From the NCBI GenBank assembly GCA_038087875.1, contig CM075993.1, positions 7,132,001 to 7,196,000 on the forward strand: 64,000 bases of DNA. Reading direction: 5' to 3'. A program made the position numbers and the translations under genes. This stretch comes from Malacoraja senta (Eukaryota). Under the pieces are notes generated by a model. That model was not told the origin of the DNA, did not search any database, and saw only the letters and a list, made by a program, of their open reading frames with translations. Positions 39,305 to 52,320 of this stretch are shown here, piece by piece. The number at the start of each line of letters is the position of its first letter. Position 1 is the first letter of the stretch.

Positions 39305-42207
39305 GACTAGAGAAACTAGAGAATGCGTGGGAACCAGGTCCGAGGGCATAAACTAAGGAGCTGATCGTGGACTTCAGGAGGGCACATCATCCGAGGACGT
39401 ACACACCATTGAAGATAAATAGGGATACTGTAGATAGGGTGAGCTGTTTTAAGTACCTGGGAGTCCACATCTCTGAGGATATGACATGGACATCACACGC
39501 TGCCACACTTGTGAGTAAGGCAAGGCAGCGCCTTTACCACCTCGGGCAATTGAGGAAATTCAGAGTGTCTCTGAGGATCCTCCAGTGCTTCTACTCAGCG
39601 GCTGTGGAAAGCATCTTGTCCGGAAATATCACGATTTGCTTTGGGAACTGCTCTGCCCAGGACAAGAAGGCTCTGCAGAGAGTAGTGCGTTCGGCCGAAC
39701 GCACTATGGGAACTACACTCGCCCCCCCTGCAGGAACTATACATCAGAAGGTGCAGATCCAGAGCCAGCAAGATCATGGGAGACCCCTTCCACCCCAGCA
39801 ACGGACTGTTCCAGCTGCTACGGTCAGGCAAACGCCTCCGTTGCCATGCTGTGAGAACGGAGAGGATGAGAAGGAGTTTCTTCCCAGAGGCCATTAGGAC
39901 TGTAAACTCATATCTCTCCAGGGACTAACTTTACTGAACCAATCTACTGTTGTGTGGTTCCTTTTTTAAATTGCTGTTTTTTTTCCTTTTTCTTCCCTCC
40001 CACAAATATGTAATATGTGATTCTGTTCCATTCTGTTTGTAGTTTGTTTGTTTGTTTGTTTTTGCACAATCCGCAAGCAATGCCACTTTTCATTTCACTG
40101 CACATCTCGTATGTGTATGTGACGAATAAACTTGACTTGATAAAATAGCTGCAGAAGAGGCAAGTTGAGATAGGGAGCGTCCAAACATTGTGAAAATCCA
40201 GGTGATCAGCTGCAGGGGAGCTGAGGAATAAGATAGACACAAAGAGCTGGAGTCACTCAGCGGATCAGACAGCATCTCTGGAGAAAAGGAATAGGTGACT
40301 ATTGAGGTCGAGACCATTCTTCAGACTCAATCTTGACCCAAAACATCACCTGTTCCTTTTCTCCAGAGATGCTGTCTGACCCGCTGAGTTACTCCAGCTA
40401 TTTGTGTCTATCTTCAGTTTAAAAGCAGCATCTGCAGTTCCTTGCTACACATGATTTTAGGAATAACATCTGCAAACTTCATCCCACAGCACTGAAAAAT
40501 GGCTTCCTGTACAAATTAGCAACTTCAGGTGCTTGTACTATTTGTGCAAACATTTCCCACACCAAGAATACTGTTCAATTTTCCAACGAGACACAAAATC
40601 ATTGTTGTCATATTTTACTCTGGCTAAATTCAGTTTTCAACTGTATGATTCCAGGGAGGAGGCAGGACAGGGCATCCTAATTTATAAGTCATAGGGTAGT
40701 GAATTTGAGTTTGGTTTATTGTCACATGTACCGAGGTTTTGTCGCATGCTAACCAGTCAGCGGAAAGACAATACATGATTACAATCGAGCCGTCCATAGT
40801 GTACAGATACAGGATAAAAGGAATAACTTGAATAACGTTTAGTGCAAGACAACGTCCAGTAAAGTCCGATCAAAAATAGTCTGAGGGTCTCCAATGAGGT
40901 AGATAGTAGCTCAGGACTGTTCTCTAGTTGTTGATAAGATGGTTCAGTTGCCTGATAACAAACCATGCCTGTTGGCTGGTGTGGGCAAGTTGGGCTGAAG
41001 GGCTTGTATCCACACTGTATCACTCTACGGCAATGACTATCAGATAACCCCTCCCTGTCTGGGCCAAGGATGGAATGAGTATTGGGGCCGCACCTGAAAC
41101 ATCCAAGCCAACGTTATTTTAGCAAAGAAAAAACACAAACTGCTGGAATAACTCAGTGGGACAGGCAGCATCTCTGGAGAGAAGGAATGGGTAATGTTTC
41201 GGGTCGCGACCCTTCTTCAGACTTGATCTGAAGCATCACCTATCCAATGTTCTCCTGAGATAGTGCCTGACCCGATATTACTCCAGCATTTTGTGTCTTT
41301 CCTTGCTAAATCAGCATCTGTAGTTCTTTGTTTCTACATCCTTTCTTATTTTAGCGAACATAGTATTACTCTTCCAATTCCAATAAGGGCCATACTTGGA
41401 GTCCATGCCGACCATCGATCACCCGCCCGTTCACACTAGTTCAATGTTATCCCACTTTCTCATCCACTCCCTACACACCAGGGGCAATTTACAGAGGGCC
41501 AGTTAACCTACGAACCTGCACGTCTTTGGGATGTAGTAGAAAACCGGAACACCCGGAGGAAACCCACGCGGCCACAGGGAGAACATGCAAACTCCACACA
41601 GACAGCTGTCATGATTGAACCTGGGTCTCTGATGCTCTGAGGCAGCAACTCTATCGTTGTCTCACTGTGCCGAACTTGTACCTTATGTTACTTTGTCTGT
41701 GTAATATGTTTTTTTGTTAATTACAAGACAGTGGAACGTACTCAACAATGCACACTGTACCAATAGAGAAAGCATCATACTGACTGGTAGAAAGGAGCAG
41801 TTAACTACAATAGGAGAATTTTGATATTGAAGCTGGAGTAACTCAGCGAGTCAGGCAGCATCACTGGAGTTAAAGAATAGGTAGCGTTTCAAATCCGAAC
41901 CCTTCTTCCAATCCGAAGCATCACCTATTCCTTTTCTGCACCGCTGCTGCCTGATCCGCTGAGTTACTCCAGCATTTTGTGTCTATCGTCAGTATAAACC
42001 AACATCTGCAGTTCCATCCTACACAAAATAGATACTGAGCTCTGCGGGCTGCAATGTGTCTGGATGAGCGATGAGGTGTTCGTTCCTCAGGCTTGCATTG
42101 GTAGAGGAGGCCACACACATTGAGGTCAGTGCGAGAGTGGGATGGTGAATAAAAGTGATGGGTAACAAGGAAGCTCAGGATTATTCCCTTGGGCTAAACT
42201 CGGTCAC

Positions 42208-42346
42208 GGGGTGGAAGATTGCAACCTTCACGTGGTCCGCCCTGTTTCGACTAATGCAATCAACGCGACGTGCACAAACGGAAGATCAAATAGAACAAGT
42301 TGTCCAACAACTTTAGGCTGTGCACGCCACACGAAAGAAGAAGAAG
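42208..42346 (+). mobile_element. ~140-bp retroelement with (AAG)n tail, copy 2
   Basis: TSD AACTCGGTCAC at 42197-42207 and 42347-42357. Confidence 0.85.
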
Positions 42347-42476
42347 AACTCGGTCACCATGGCGATCGCTCACGCTGAGCTTAGTTTCTCCAATGTAGAC
42401 TAGTCTGCAATTCAAACACCAAATATGTTTCATTAGAATGGAAGAAGTGCATGCGAGTCACAGCTTCATCTTGCCA

Positions 42477-42787
42477 ACGGTGGCGCAGCGGTAGAGCTGC
42501 TGCCTTACAGCGAATGCAGCGCCGGAGACCCGGGTTCAATCCCAACTACGGGTGCTGTCTGGACGGAGTTTGTACGTTCTCCCCGTGACCTGCGTGGGTT
42601 TTCTCCGAGATCTTCGGTTTCCTCCGACACTCCAAAGACGTACAGGTTTGTAGGTTAATTGGCTTGGTGTGTGTGTAAATTGTCCCTAGTGTGTGTAGGA
42701 TAATGTTAATGTGCAGGGATCGCTGGTCGGCATGGACTTGGTGGGCCGAAGGGCCTGTTTCAGCACTGTATCACTAAACTAAACTAA
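42477..42787 (+). mobile_element. HE1-type tRNA-derived SINE; other copies at ~6075-6330(-), 15790-16085, 16228-16550, 19090-19322, 30250-30565, 41390-41672(-), 56370-56640, 57236-57510, 59140-59412(-), 62515-62745(-)
   Basis: A box TGGCGCAGCGG, B box GGTTCAATCCC, central GGTTTCCTCC.ACACTCCAAAGACGT, CR1-like end GGGCCGAAGGGCCTGTTTC and (TAAAC)n tail. Confidence 0.8.
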
Positions 42788-44077
42788 GAAGCATGACAAC
42801 CTTGCTTTCACTAGTGGGGGAGTCTAGAACCTTAGGGCACAACCTCAGAGGATGGGAGGAATTTCATTAGCCAGAAAATGGTGAATGTGTGGAATTCATT
42901 GCCACAGACGACTGTGTAGGCCAAGTCATTGGGTATTTTTAAAGCGGAGATTTTGACAGGTTCTTCATTAGTAAGAGCGCCAAGGATACAGGAAGAAGGC
43001 AGTAAGATTGGGGTTGAGAAGGAAAAATAGATCAGCCATGATCGAATGTCGGAGCAGACTCGATGGGCCGAATGGCCTAATTCTGTTCCTTTGATTTATG
43101 GGCTTGCGTGTGCTTCATTGATGAACTGAAACTTGAATTGCGATGTTAAGAACCTTTAGATGGTTTGTTACAGATTAGATTTAAGTGTAGACTGCAAGAT
43201 TAATTAATTTAACCAAAGTTTGCAACAAAAAAATGAAAAACATTCTACATTAGTGAAAATAGCAACAAAGAATCCTCTTCATCCACAACTTTTGCCTCAT
43301 AGAGCATAATCACCACGGCATTAGAAGACAAAGTCTGATTATTAGAAGGATGCGTCCGCAGCCCGGGATCCAGCCCGCAGAAGGACCCGCGGCCTACTTC
43401 TACCGCGGGCCCAGCGTGGACTTACCATCACCCCTGGAGGGGAGCTTCGACCGCCGGCCTGCGGCCTACACCAACCTGAAGCCGCGGTCTCCGGTGGGGG
43501 AGGCACCGGTTTTCAGGACTTACCTGGACTTTCACTCATCTGGACGCCCGCAGCGACGGCTGCGGAGGGTTGAGGTCCCGACCACGGGGGGAAAATGGAG
43601 GAGGACTGGCCAATTTTTGTGCCTTCCACCACAGTGATGATTGCTGTGGTGGATGTTTCTGTTAAATGTTTATTGCGTATTGTGTGTTCTTTATCATTGT
43701 ACCGCTCGCTGGCAAATTCATTTCACTTGCACTTTATGTGCAATGTGACGAATAAAACCGTATTGTATTGTAAGTGGAAAATCAAGGAACTACAGCTGCT
43801 GCTTAACACACAAGTGCTGGACTAATTTAGCAGGTCAGGCAGCATCTCTGGAGAACATGGATAGGTCATGTTACGGGTTGGAACCCTTTTTCAGACTAGT
43901 TGTGTCTGAAGTTTAGTTTAAATTGTTTTTAATTTTAGTTTATTATTGTCACGTGTACAGTGAAAAGCTGTTGTTTGCAGTTAAAGAAAAGACTATACAC
44001 GATTATGTTCAATCCGTCCACATTGCACAGACAATAATGCTGGTAGTTGCCATCATTACAATGGCCACCATCATAGT

Positions 44078-47070
44078 CAAGTCAAGTCAAGTCACTTTTA
44101 TTTATATAGCACATTTAAAAAACAACTCTCGTTGGCCAAAGTGCTTTACATTGGTGGAGGTAGTAACGTTATACAAGTGGTTCATAGATTAAATACAAAC
44201 ATCACTACATACATATAGACCTCGCTCAGAGGATGTCAAAAAAGCCTTGGGAGTAAAGATGAGTTTTAAGTCTTGACTTAAGAAGTCGATGGAGGGGGCA
44301 GTTCTGATGGGAAGAGGGATGCTGTTCCACAGTCCACGGTCGCCCCTGAGCTTATGCCTAGACCGCGGGATGTTCAGTAACCCCAAGTCGGCCGATCTGA
44401 GGGACCTGGAGGTGGTGTGGTGGGTAAGCAGACTCTTGATGTAGGTGGGGGCAAGCCCATTAAGGGCTTTGTGGACATAAAGGAGGATCTCAAAATTTAT
44501 TCGGAACCCCACAGGGAGCCAGTGGAGAGAGGCCAGGATCGGGGTGATGTGGTCCCTTTGTCGGGTGCCTGTCGGGAGTCTCGCGGCGACGTTTTGGACC
44601 AGTTGCAGGCCGGACAGGGAAGATTGGCTGATGCCAGTGTAGAGGGAGTTGCAGTAATCTAGGTGGGAGGAGATAAATGTGTGCATGATCTTTTCGAGGT
44701 CATCAAACTGGAGGAATTGTTTTATTTTAGCTATCATCCGAAGCTGAAAGAAGCTAGCTTTTACCATGGCATTGACTTGTTTGTCAAATTTCAACGCTGA
44801 GTTAAATATCACGCCAAGGTTTTTGACGTGGGGTTTGAGTAGTGGGGTAAGGCTTCCAAGGCTGCCTGCTATCATTTTGATTGAGTCCGAGGGGCCCGAG
44901 AAGGATGACCTCAGACTTACTCTCGTTTAGTTGGAGGAAGTTCTGGGCCATCCAACACTTTATATCCTCGAGGCAGTGGATAAGGTTAAGTAGATTTGAT
45001 CGGTTTTGGGGCTTCAGGGGGAGATAGAGTTGTGTATCATCTGCGTAGCAATGGAAGGAAATGCCGTGCCTTTGAATGACTTGGCCTAAGGGGAACATAT
45101 ACAGGGAGAAGAGAATGGGGCCAAGGATGGAACTTTGTGGAACCCCGCAGCAGAGGCTAGCTGGGGAGGAGAAAGAGTTGCCTATGTTAGTAGAGAAACT
45201 CCTACATTTGAGGTAGAAGATGAACCAGCTCAGGGCAGTGCCATCAATACCAACCCCGTACCGGAGACGGTCAATTAGGATGGTGTGGTCGACAGTATCA
45301 AATGCTGCGCTGAGGTAGAGAAGGAGCAGGATTGCACAGTCGCCGGAGTCAATGGTGAGCAGTAGGTCATTATGTACCTTCAACAAGGCAGACTCTGTGC
45401 TGTGGTGAGCCCTGAAACCTGATTGGAAATTTTCCAAGATAGTATTTTGGTGAAGGTAAGGCATAAGTTGACTTAAAATTACCTTTTCAAGGGCTTTTGA
45501 AAGGAAAGGCAGTTTAGAAATGGGTCTGTAGTTGCTTGACAAGGTGGGGTGGAGGTTAGTTTTTTTCAGGAGTGGCTGGACCACCACATGCTTGAAGCAG
45601 GTAGGAACAGTGCCAGTGGCCAGAGAGCTGTTGAAGATGGCGAGGATGCTGGGACCGGCTGTTGTAATGACATCCTTTAGAAGGGCAGAGGGGACAGTGT
45701 CGAGGGGGCAGGTGGTAGGTTTCATGGTGGTGATCAGTTTTACAAGGGAGGGTAGAGTAACGGGTTGGAAACAATCTAATTTTGAAGAACAGACCAATGA
45801 GACAGCCAGGTCACGGGTGGGAGGAAAGACTTTGCCTTCCATCACAGTGCGGAGGAGATTCACTGTGATGGATGTTTTTCTGTGGATTGAATTGTTTGTG
45901 TGTCGTATAGGAACTGTTTTGTTTTGTTTGACTGCAGAAACCAAATTTCGTTTGAACTTCATTTGAGGTTCAAATGACAATAAATGGTATTGTATTGTAT
46001 TGTATTGTATATTCGTTCTGATGTTCTTAACTTTGCTGGTGAAAAATGTAGTAAATTCCTCGCACTTAGCAGGGGACCCAGTTAAGCTGGTGCTGGGGGC
46101 AGGACAAATGATGGAGGTGATGGTGCTACAAAAGGACCTTGGAATTATGAGCGTTTTTGGAGATAAGGTCGGAAAAGTATTTTGTTCTTGCAGATTTTAC
46201 CGCTTCCTGGTATTTGTGAAGATTGTTTTTCAGGAGTTCAAAGGAAATTTGAAGCTTATCAGATTTGTACTTCCATTCTGATTTTCAGCACTCTCTTCTT
46301 AGGGCTCTGGTGGTGTCATTGAGCCACGGCTCGCCTTTAGGCTTAGGCTTTTTCATTTTAAGAGGAGCAACAGAATCCAGAATGGAAGAGCAAGTGGTAT
46401 TGAATAGAGAAATGAGGTCGTCGGTACTGAGATGGAGGGGAGACGCCTCAATAGTGCAGATGTCGGGGGAGGCTATGAGAGCCTCTGAGAACTTACTGGC
46501 CGTCGTGGAGTTAACGTGCGGGAGTAGCGAGCAGGGAGATGGGATTTTGAGGGAGAGAAAGGCCGAGATATATCGAATATAATAGCACTATGATCAGACA
46601 GGCAGGCATCAATAATATCTGTGTTACAAATTGGGAGACCAGACGAAAGCACTAGGTCTAGTGTATGGCCAAGCTTGTGCGTGGGTCCAGTGGTGAGTAG
46701 AGTCATATTGAAGGACTCAACCAGGTTTATAAATTCACTCACAAGAGGCTTTGTGGGACAGCAGACATGAATGTTAAAGTCACCAAGAATCAGGACCCAG
46801 TCAAATTTGGGCAACAAGCTAGCGATAAGATCACCAAATTGTGAGATAAAGTCCTGATTCGTTTTTGGTGGGCAATACACAAGAACAATTAAAAGCGGAC
46901 AGATTAGACCAACTATGATAAGTTGATGTTCAAAACTGGAGACGTGATCAACGTTCAGAAGGCGGCAGTTGAAATGCTTCTTAAACACAGTGGCTAGGCC
47001 CCCACCGCGACCGGAGAGCCTAGACGAGCTGAAAAAGTTACAGGTATCAGGGCAGAGTTCCACGCTCACC
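44078..47070 (-). mobile_element. L2-clade LINE, most of ORF2 (APE endonuclease + RT), frameshifted
   Basis: APE: GRGGGLA...LILGDFNIH...GHTLDLV...SDH. RT: NYRPISKLPFLSK, QSGFR, LSAAFDTVDH, GVPQSSILGP, YADDTQLY. C-terminus HITPILASLHWLPV; (CTTGA)n tail. Interrupted by a + strand insert at ~45826-46010. Confidence 0.95.
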
Positions 47071-48297
47071 AGGATTATGCCAGGTTTCTGTGATCAGTAG
47101 GAAGACCTACAGTGATCATAGACTTGTCACTTTAGAACCGCAAAGTGTTTTAGTTCGATTCAATGATACTTTATTGTCACATGTACCTAAGTGCAGTGAA
47201 ATTCATTGTTTTTCCATACAATCCCATAAAATCACACAGCAGACCTCACCTAGGCCAGGGACGGCCTTAGGAGGTATGGGGCCCAATTGGGAACAATCGG
47301 TTCAATTGGCATAAGGCTGGCCCTGACCTAGGCCGTACACAAAGAGTCGCCATGTTTCTGGCGCCGACAAATTTCAAAAGTTCTTCGTACTGGCTTATCG
47401 TCTCGCAGCGACAAACCAGGCCTGCCGCCGCACGTGACCGCAGGCAGCCTGCCGGGTCCCTCGCTATTCTCGGCAGCCTTCCCTCCCCCTTATAAAGACC
47501 TATCTTTATAAGGTCATAAGTGATAGGAGTAGAATTAGGCCATTCAGCCCATCAAGTCTATGCCATTCGTCCATGGCTGATCTATCTCTCCCTCCTAACC
47601 CAATTCTCCTGCGTCTCCACATAACCCCTGACACCACATAACCACATAACCCCAGCTATATTTAAGAGGGAGTTAGATGTGGCCCTTGTGGCTAAAGGGA
47701 TCAGGGGGTATGGAGAGAAGGCAGGTACAGGATACTGAGTTGGATGATCAGCCATGATCATATTGAATGGCGGTGCAGGCTCGAAGGGCCGAATGGCCTA
47801 CTCCTGCACCTATTTTCTATGTTTCTATGTTTCTATGACACCCGTACTAATCAAAAAGCCTTAAAAATATCCATTGACTTGGCCTCCACAGCCTTCTGCG
47901 GCAAAGAATTCCACAGATTCGCCACCCTCTAAAGAAAATTCTCCTCATCTCCTTCCTAAAAGAATGTCCTTTAATTCTGATGCTGTGCCCTCTGATTCCA
48001 GACTCTCCCACGAGTGGAAACATCCTCTCCACATCCACTCTATCCAGGTCCTTCACAAGGTCTTTCAGTAAGTTTCAATGAGGTTCATCCTCATTCTTCC
48101 AAACTCCAGTGAATACAGGCCCAGTGCCGTCAAACACTCATCATATGTTAACCCCTCATCCCCAATCCGCAATCATGCTGTTATCAAGTAACTGAACCAT
48201 CCTGCCACAACTAGAGAGCAGTCCTGAGCTACTATCTCCCTCATTGGAGACCCTCGGACTATCGTGTATCTGTACACCGTGGATAGCTCAATTGTAA

Positions 48298-49596
48298 CCG
48301 GTTGCCCTAACTCCAATCCCAATGAAGTGCTTCGAAAGGCTGGTCCTCTCCCATATCAAATCCAGCATCCCTGCCTCACTGGACTCCCATCAATTTGCAT
48401 ACATGGCAAATAGATCAACAGAGGATGCCATCTCTCTGGCTCTTCACATTGTCCTGACTCACCTGGACAGACAGGGCACGTATGTGAGGATGCTCTTCAT
48501 TGACTATAGCTCTGCATTCAATACGGTCATCCCCACCAAGTTCACCACCAAACTCCACCAGCTAGGCCTCAGCTCGCCGATATGCAATTGGATCCTGAAC
48601 TTTCTGACGGAGCGACCGCAGGCAGTGAGACTGGGCCCGCACCTGTCCTCCACTATCACCCTGAGCACCGGCACACCACAGGGCTGTGTACTAAGCCCCA
48701 TGCTCTACTCCCTCTTCACTCATGACTGTGTCCCTGCATTCGACACCAACACCATCGTGAAGGTTGCAGACGACACAACAGTGATTGGGCTGATCACCAA
48801 CGGTGATGAAACAAAATACAGAGCGGAGGTGCAGAACCTGGCGGACTGGTGCGCTCATAACAACTTGTCACTAAACACCTCCAAGACCAAGGAGCTGATT
48901 ATTGACTTCAGGAGATCCCATAATGGAGAATACGCCCCAATCTCCATTTACGGGGAAAGTGTGGAGAGAGTGTCCAGCTTTAAGTTTCTGGGCACTCACA
49001 TTTCAGAGGACCTCACATGGTCCACCAACACCGTGCGCTGGTCAAGAAGGCACAGCAACGACTGTTCTTCCTGAGGACATTAAAAAAGACTGGTCTGCCC
49101 CAACAGCTGCTGACAACCTTCTACCGCTGCACCACAGAGAGCATATTAACGTATGGCATCTCTGTGTGGTATCTCAGCTGCACGGAGGCGGAGAGGAGAG
49201 CTCTTCAGCGCGTCGTCCACAGAGCGCAGAGGATCATTGGGACATAGCTACCAGCCTTGGAGGGCATCTACCACACACGGTGCCTCAGGAAGGCCGTCAG
49301 CATCCATAAGGACTCATCACACCCTTGTAACGGACTGTTTGAACTACGTCCCTCCGGCAGACGTTACAAGGCCTTCTACGCCCGAATCTCCAGACTCAGA
49401 AACAGCTTTATTCCAAGAGCTATAGTGGCTCTGAACCGGCCCTGCTGAGTGCCCCCCCACCCACCCCCCTGGACAGTCTCCCTCGGATGGTCACGTCACT
49501 CAACTTGCTTGCTTATTTATTTATTTTACTTTTCTTGCACATCGGTGGAGCTGCATACTAAATCTCGTTGCACTGACGTGCAATGACAATAAAAGA

Positions 49597-49629
<33 letters not shown>
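48298..49629 (+). mobile_element. Rex1/Babar LINE, 5'-truncated RT with (ATT)n tail
   Basis: Encodes MKCFERLV...[12 protein letters not shown]...[10 protein letters not shown]...[10 protein letters not shown]...ADD; frameshift near 49030; inserted into another repeat (attgtaa|tcatgtattg). Confidence 0.92.
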
Positions 49630-50534
49630 CATGTATTGTCTTTCTGCTGACTGGTTGGCACGCAACAAAAGCTTTTCACGTGACAATAAATAAGCTAAAC
49701 TGTGTAGGAAGGAACTACAGATGCTGGTTTAAAACGTTTAAGAAAAACATTTTAGACCGAGATGAGAAAAACATTTTTCACACAGAGTGGTGAATCTCTG
49801 GAACTCTCTGCCACAGAGGCCAGTTCATTGGCTATATTTAAGAGGGAGTTAGATGTGGCCCTTGTGGATAAAGGGATCAGGGGGTATGGAGAGAAGGCAG
49901 GTACGGGATACTGAGTTGGATGATCAGCCATGATCATATTGAATGGCGGTGCAGGCTCGAAGGGCTGAATGGCCTACTCCTGCACCTATTTTCTATGTAT
50001 CTGTGTGTCTATGTAAACTGAAGGTAGACACAAAAAGCTGGACTAACTCAGCAGGGCAGACAACATCTCTGGAGAAATGAAATATGTGACTTTTTTGGTC
50101 GAGACCCTTCTTCAGTCTGACAGATAGACACAAAAGCTGGAATAACTCTGCGGGTCGGGTAGCATCTCAGTAGAAAAGGAATAGGTGACATTTCAGACTG
50201 AAGAAGGGTCTCAACCGGAAACATTACCAATTCCTTTCCCCCAGAGATGCTGCCTGACCTACTGAGTTAATCCAGCTTTTTTGTGTCCCAACTAAACTGT
50301 TCCCAGTGCATATATGACAATAATTAAAATTTAAAAAAAAAGAAAATTGAACTTTATTCTTAATTTATTTTTGAAATATGCAGAAAATTAAAAGTGATGC
50401 AAAAATGTGAATGCTGCTGGGTGTTGGATTGAGCAGTGTGAGTGCTTGTAGTTTGCAGGGAAGGAGGGGGGAGGGGAGGGGAGTGAATGGCAACGCTGGC
50501 TGCTTCCCTGGGCTCTGGTCAACCTGGCGTTGCC

Positions 50535-50870
50535 TCATTGGAGGGGCGGCCCGCCGGCCGGGAGGGGGCGTGCCGGCGGCGGCCCAGGGTGCAGCGCGCG
50601 GCCCGGAGCCCATAAAGCGGCGGGCGGGCGGCCGCCAACTTCCGGTGCGGGCGGGCGGGCCGAGTGGCGGGAGGTCCCGCATGTCCGTGTAGTCGGCGGC
50701 AGGGGCAGCGCGGACAGGACAGGACAGATTAGAGAGGGAGCGGCGACGGCGCCATGATGTCGCTCGATTTCCTCAACGATGTGCGGCGCATGAATAAGCG
50801 GCAGGTGGGTGATGGCGGCGGCGGCGGCGGCGGCGACTCTACATGGCAGCCGCCATTCCCCGCTTGTGCC
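50535..50870 (+). promoter_or_regulatory. CpG island / SEC11A promoter and 5' UTR
   Basis: Very GC- and CpG-rich. Inverted CCAAT (ATTGG, 50537), GC box GGGGCGG (50543), TATA-like CATAAA (50611), ETS/GABP motif ACTTCCGGT (50638-50646), Kozak gccATG at 50754. Confidence 0.85.
50754..50804 (+). CDS. SEC11A: Signal peptidase complex catalytic subunit SEC11A, coding exon 1
   Basis: Encodes MMSLDFLNDVRRMNKRQ, then CAG|gtgggt; matches the short SEC11A N-terminus (MLSLDFLDDVRRMNKRQ, recalled). Confidence 0.95.
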
Positions 50871-50926
50871 TCCCCACAGAATCTCCTCCCCCTCCCTCCC
50901 TCCCCTTACACGTGTCTCTCTCTTCC

Positions 50927-52320
50927 ACACCCACACACACTCACTCACTCACACTCACCCCCCCCCCACACTCACTAAACCCCCCACACACACTCGCTCA
51001 CACACACACACACACTCGCTCACACTCACCCCCCCCCCACACTCACTAAACCCCCCACACACACTCACTCACACACACAACCCCCCACACACACTCGCCC
51101 CTCCTCTCACACACACACTCGCTCAACTCCCCCACTCACACTCACCCCCCCCACTCACTAAACCCCCCACACACACAACCCCCCCCACACACTCACCGCC
51201 CCACACACACACTCCCCTCCTCACACACACATACACACACTCAACCCCCCCACACGCTCACACACACTCAACCCCCCACTCACACTCACCGCCCCACACA
51301 CACACTCCCCTCCTCACACACACACGCTCACACACACTCAACCCCCCACTCACACACACAACCCCCCCCCACACACTCACCGCCCCACACACACTCACCG
51401 CCCCACTCACACACACTCAACCCCCCCACGCGCTCACACACACTCGCTCACACACACTCGCTCACACACACAATCACACAGACACACTCACCCCCCCACA
51501 CACACTCATACACATACACTCACCCACCCCACACACACACATACACACTCACTCAATCCCCCCACACACTCACACGCCTACACACACTCACACCCTCCCC
51601 CACACACTCACTCACCCCCCACACACACTCACTCATCTCTCACACACAGTCTCCCTCTCTTCCATGTGTCTCTCCCTCACCCCTACAGTATGACCCACCT
51701 CCCAACCACCCCTCCGCCACAGTTTATTCCTCTCTCCCCCACAGTGTTTCTCTCTCCCCAGCCCACTTGTGTGTCCACCTTCCACCACAGTGTGTTCCTC
51801 TTTCTCCCCTCTGCTGAGGTGTTATGGGGAGAAGACGGGAGAATGGGGTTAGGAGGGAGAGAGATCAGCCATGGGCCGAATGGCCAAATTCTGCTCCTCT
51901 CTCTTATGATCACACAGTGTGTCCTTCTGCCAACCACATGCTTTCTCTCTCCCACACTGTCCATCTGTTCCCTTCCCTCACAGCGTGTCACTCTCCCAAC
52001 CACCTTTCCCTAGTGTTCCTCTCCCCTCATTGTGTCCCCCTCTCCCTCCGCAATATGTTTCACCCCCTCTATGTCCCTCTCCCCACAGCGTGTCCACCTT
52101 TCCCTCCTTCCCCACAGTGTCCCCCCTCTACATTGTGTCCCTCTTCCCACCCCCTCTAACGCAGTGTCCCATCCACACAGTGTGTCCATTCCCCCCCCTC
52201 CTCCTCCACAATGTGTTCCCACGGTGTATCCTTTTCCCCATCCACCACACTGTCCCTATCCCCCCCACCCCCACCACAATGTATCCCTCTCCCCCCACCT
52301 CCACAGTGTGTCTCCCCCTC
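50927..52320 (+). repeat. C/A-rich then C/T-rich low-complexity tract at the start of SEC11A intron 1
   Basis: Imperfect (CACACT/CACCCC)n to ~51650, then cryptic CACAGTGTGTCC-like units. Confidence 0.9.

Noticed and set aside
42477..42550. tRNA-like sequences (also 57236, 16230, 1560-1625)
   Set aside because: Heads of tRNA-derived SINEs continuing into SINE bodies, not tRNA genes.
43350..43772. CpG-rich patch as a possible promoter (also 62990-63290)
   Set aside because: Ends in a repeat-type AATAAA/(GTATT)n tail shared with ~45830-46010, or lies within TIRs, so it is transposon-internal.
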